From the NCBI RefSeq assembly GCF_006345805.1, contig NC_043002.1, positions 109,120,001 through 109,184,000 on the forward strand: a DNA stretch of 64,000 nucleotides, written 5' to 3'. The notes under the pieces are model-generated. The model made no database searches. It saw only the letters and a list, made by a program, of their open reading frames with translations, and was not told where the DNA came from. The stretch is from Octopus sinensis (lineage: Eukaryota). Of the stretch, positions 59,759 through 64,000 are shown in pieces. The position numbers were made by a program, and so were the translations under genes. Every line of letters begins with the position of its first letter. Positions within the stretch are counted from its first letter, which is position 1.

Positions 59759-62187
59759 GTAAGAAGAAATTCTTAGTTTTTTTGTTTTTTTTGTATGTCC
59801 ACTTTTCCATGCTTTTACGAGTCAGATAGATTTCATTGAAGCAGTTTTTCTCTGAGCAGAAACCCCACCTGTCACCAACGATCATTTGTTTCCAGACAAG
59901 ATATTTCTCCGTGACCAAATGTATTTCACTGAAGACTGGTTTACAACCATCCTGTGATGTAAAGACAACGGCGTGTGTGTGTGTGTGCATGCTTGCTCTC
60001 TCGCTCGCTCACTCGTTTGTATGAAATTGAAGAAATTGGAGTCAACGAGGTGTACAGTTGGACAGTTACTTTTTAACCACTACAATTGTTTCCACACAAC
60101 ATAGTTCTCCAAAAATACAGGTATTTGATTATGCAACTGTTTGCATAATGAGATCTAGTTGTGCTTCCTCAGGTGATATTCTAGCACTGCCTCTGTTAGT
60201 TTAAAATCTTCAACTTCAAAACCATCCCATCCATCCATCCATTTTGTTTTAAATTTAGTAGCAGTTGGTAGATTCATGTTGTTTACTGCCAGAGTGCTTT
60301 TGGCGGACTGCTATGAGAGGTAGTAGATGGCTGGCCTGTTCTTCATGGTTGGCTACCCATGTAAATTTTGTTAGCTGACCTTCAGAATTCAGTTATCGGA
60401 TACAACATAAATACATACTCGCACATCCCCTCCTACACACAAATCTATGTATATATGCCAATATACACACACATATACATACATATGCATATATCATTTA
60501 ATATCCGTTGTCCATGCTGGCATGGGTTGGACGATTTGATTGATAACACACTGGAAGGCTGCACCAGGCTCCTATCTGATTTCACATGGTTTTCTACGCT
60601 TGGATGCCCTTCCTAACGCCAACCACTCTGAGAGTATAATGGGTGTTTTTACGTGCCACTGGCATGGCACCAGTATCTTCCACAATTGTGATTTTGTTTG
60701 GCTTGCCAGGTCTTCTCAAGCACAATATAGATGAGTAAACCTCTTTTGCCTTGCACATATATTGAAGCATTCTTATATAAACACATTCACACATATATAT
60801 ATATATATTCATACATGGACACATGTATACACACACACACTACGTGCTTCTTTTAGCTTTTCAATTTCCTTTACCAAATCCATTCTCGAGGCTTTGGACT
60901 GCCCAGTTTTACAGTACACACTTGCCCCAGGTGCTCCATGTGGGGACTGAACCTGAGACCTCCTGCTTCTTGACCACACAGCCACGTTTTTAATGTTGTG
61001 GTAAGAAAGTTATAGTTGTACTGACTGTAGATATCAGACCGGTGCCTGGTGCAGCCTACTTGCTTGCCAGTTCTCAGTCAGAGACCACCCAGCCCATGCC
61101 AGCATGGAAAATGGACACTAAATGATGATGATGGACACATTAGATTATGTAGATCTAGACTGGAGAGAACATTGTTTTAACTTCCCCTGTTTGTGAGTGC
61201 TTGCTTTGGATCCGGAGCCTTTTCCTTGAATCTTTTGAGACAAGAAGATTTTAAACCAAACAAGGGAGCCTCTGTGCATTTGCTCAACCTGATAGAAATA
61301 GCAACCATATTGCTATCACCTTCAGTCTTAAAAAGCAGACTTGTTTGGTGCAGGTGTTGCTGTGTGGCCTCAAAACTTGCTTCCCAACCATGTAGTTTTG
61401 ATTTCAGCCCCACTGTGCGAAATCTTGGCCAAATGTCTTCAGGGTCAACCAAAACCTGTGACTGCATTTGGTTGACAAAAACTGAGAGAAACCCACACAT
61501 ATAGTACGTGTGTGTTACTCTTGTTATCCTGTGATGAGTGAAAATCAGCATCGTCTTTTGTGAAAAATGTATCTGGCCACTGGGAAATATATTACCTTGC
61601 TTGAAAACAGGTGAGAGCTGACAACATGAAGGGCATGCAGCTGTAGAAACCCTGCCTCAGCATATTCTCTGACCCATGCAAGCATGGAAAAATGGATGTT
61701 AAAACAATGGACAGTATTGTGATCCTAGATACACTGTCTCGAAAAAGACAACATGACTGTGGCTGGCCATATTTTTTATTCTAATTTTGTTTGATCTGAG
61801 TAACCCTGTTCATATTTGCTGCATGTAACTCATACTACTTTGAGTAAAAATTTAATTCTACTAACTTCTATGAACCTTAAAAAATAAATACGTCTCTTTA
61901 CTCTGAGTAGATTCATGTGTATAAATATTGTGTAACTTTGAAGTTTGTTTTGGGTTAAAATGCAAATTAATTAGAGCAAGTGAGGGGCTGTAATTTCAAG
62001 TTTCCTTAAGCAAACTGGCCACACAAAAAATATTTTATATTGTTATATATGGAACAGTGCTATTGCTTTTAGCAGAGGACATCACCTTTCTAGAATTCCT
62101 TTCACGTTTTTGTTTTTCTTGGAGATAATTTACTGATGGTCAAGCTGACCACTCGCCGCATAAATTTGACCGATCTGATTAAGCCTT

Positions 62188-62550
62188 AAAACAAGAACAT
62201 TCAGAGAGCACAAACCTTCATCAAAGCAACACCAACATCCTCTCAATAATTAGCCAGAGATGAAATTTAAAAATAGAACATCTGAAATAAACTCAACTGC
62301 TCTTACAAATGAGAATACGGAAAATGAACCCAACTGCTCTCAAAAATTAAGTTTAAAGAAACAAAACGGAAAAATAATCCAGAATCCTTGTCCAGTGTCG
62401 GATTGATCCCAAAATCTAATCAGTTCATGCCAGTCACAAGGCCAAACATCCCTGAAAGTTTCATCCGAATCTATTGAGTGGTTCTTGAGATATCTTGTTC
62501 ACAAACAACTGAAAACAATACCTCCACCATTTCTAAGATGGAGGTAATAA
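62188..62550 (+). mobile_element. Helentron-associated (HINE-like) element
   Basis: Homologous to 21437-21999; 3' hairpin CCTCCA...TGGAGG followed by TAATAA. Confidence 0.5.
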
Positions 62551-63064
62551 ATGAAGCTTCAGAAGTTAGAATATTGCCTTACAACGTGTATTCAGTAATT
62601 TTTGGAAATATATATTGTTTCTGTAAAGATTAAGTTAGGTATTTAACTCTTTAGTGTTTAAACCAGCTATATCCGGCCCAAATATTCTACACATTTTATG
62701 CTCAAACTTGCCAGAACATGCATCTCACACCTACCCTGCAATGTCACTCTAAAAATAAGCAATTACATCTTTCCTATCTTGAAGGTACAAAATAACATCA
62801 GATAAATTTTTTTAAATGTGAATAAATAAGGATTACTTTTGACAAATTAATCTGAACGCCAAAGGGTTAACTTAAGATAATACATCATATCTCTCTCTCA
62901 CACAGTTTACAATTGTATATTGCACTGTATAGATTTATCCAGTGTGTAGAATTCTTCTTCTCTCTACTTATTAAAATGATTATATTGTTTAGCCTCCTAA
63001 GCTTGTAAACTTCACATAGACAATTTCATTCAATCTTATTGATTTTTTTTTTTTCTTCTTTCAG

Positions 63065-63288
63065 GATCATCCAGCTGGCCTGATTTCTTGGATCCAAATG
63101 TACGTGAATGGTGGGCAAGTAAATTTGACTTCAAAGAATACAAAGGAACTACAAAGGATGTTTTTATATGGAATGACATGAACGAGCCATCTGTATTCAA
63201 TGGCCCAGAGATTACCATGCCAAAAGACTTAATCCATGTGAATGGATGGGAACATCGTGATATTCACAATATATATGGAATGCATGTA
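63065..63288 (+). CDS. GANAB: GANAB exon 14, containing the GH31 catalytic nucleophile ([14 protein letters not shown])
   Basis: TTTCAG acceptor, GTA|GTGAGT donor; nucleophile Asp codon at 63175-63177 (residue 537 of my spliced model). Gene continues beyond the window. Confidence 0.97.
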
Positions 63289-64000
63289 GTGAGTATATAT
63301 AGATTCTTTCTAGCCATTTAATTCGAGATGTTTTTGTGTAAACTAGTTTGCTGCAGGTTTTCTTGAAGGAAAAGATTTTTCTTTTCACGAGTTTCCTTAT
63401 TTGTTAATGTTCTGTTGAGAATACACTGTAGAGAAATGTTCTAATTAATAGTTTTCAGATTTACATTTCCAAAACACTTTTGCTTAGGTAGGTAAATAAT
63501 GAAGCTATCTCTGCCACCCCACCCATCCACACTATTAAAGTCCAAACAAATCCATATTTATGCTAGGACCCACTTTTAGTTTCGTGTTTAAGTAATCCTA
63601 TCCTTTTTTTTTCCTTGTTTTGCCCTTTAGCTGTACACCTCAGATGAAAGGCTTTCCACCCATGACCATAACTTTTCAGTATATATGGAATCACATTATC
63701 CAGTGTGTCCTTTCCTTTCCTTTAGTAGTGTGTATAATATAATGGAATTTGGTTACTACTTCTAGCTGTTCGAGTAACCATTTAGAGGTTTCTTCATTAA
63801 CTTCATCCTTTGTGGTCCCCACATTTGACTAGGGCTTACCTACTTTGTAGTTGCTCTGTTCGTAGTTACCAATATCCACATGAACATTGTTTGAAGTAAT
63901 TGCACAGTGCAAAGCCAGTCTCACTGCTGACAAGGTAGCAGTATGAATCCAGTGGAGTATTAACCCTTTAGTGTTCACATTATTCTGCCAAAGTTAATGC

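Noticed and set aside
59494-59829. ORF-track starts and extensions around exons (also 28063, 52580, 53857, 63088)
   Set aside because: The extensions run through intronic pyrimidine tracts and donors; only the exon cores are coding.
36157-61255. Nearly equal spacing of two duplications (1884 and 1886 bp)
   Set aside because: The other two pairs are 2.9 and 5.7 kb apart; treated as coincidence.

Overview
Eukaryotic, AT-rich, repeat-dense genomic DNA. The repeat families look like those of Octopus, which is an inference from recognition and not a database result. The window holds the promoter and first 14 coding exons of one + strand gene, glucosidase II alpha subunit (GANAB, GH31). I spliced these by hand into one open frame of 574 codons, with all introns GT-AG and the catalytic [10 protein letters not shown] motif in exon 14; the gene continues past the window end. 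The rest is intron or upstream DNA packed with tRNA-derived SINEs, 3' ends of an RTE-like LINE with a structured VNTR in its 3' UTR, and relics of Tigger/pogo, mariner, piggyBac (plus MITEs), HERO-like, CR1-like and Helitron elements. Most notable: (1) a tRNA-headed SINE carrying a complete minimal type-I hammerhead ribozyme (23678-23723, minus strand); (2) a 1.83-kb ORF1-only, RT-less retroelement with a 16-bp TSD inside a SINE head and a run of covarying 3' stem-loops; (3) an ERSE-like promoter element; (4) inverted SINEs bracketing exons 2-3, which would circularise into a stop-free 357-nt ORF; (5) several near-perfect hairpins and recent short-range direct duplications. Exon coordinates were counted to the base; many repeat boundaries are approximate.
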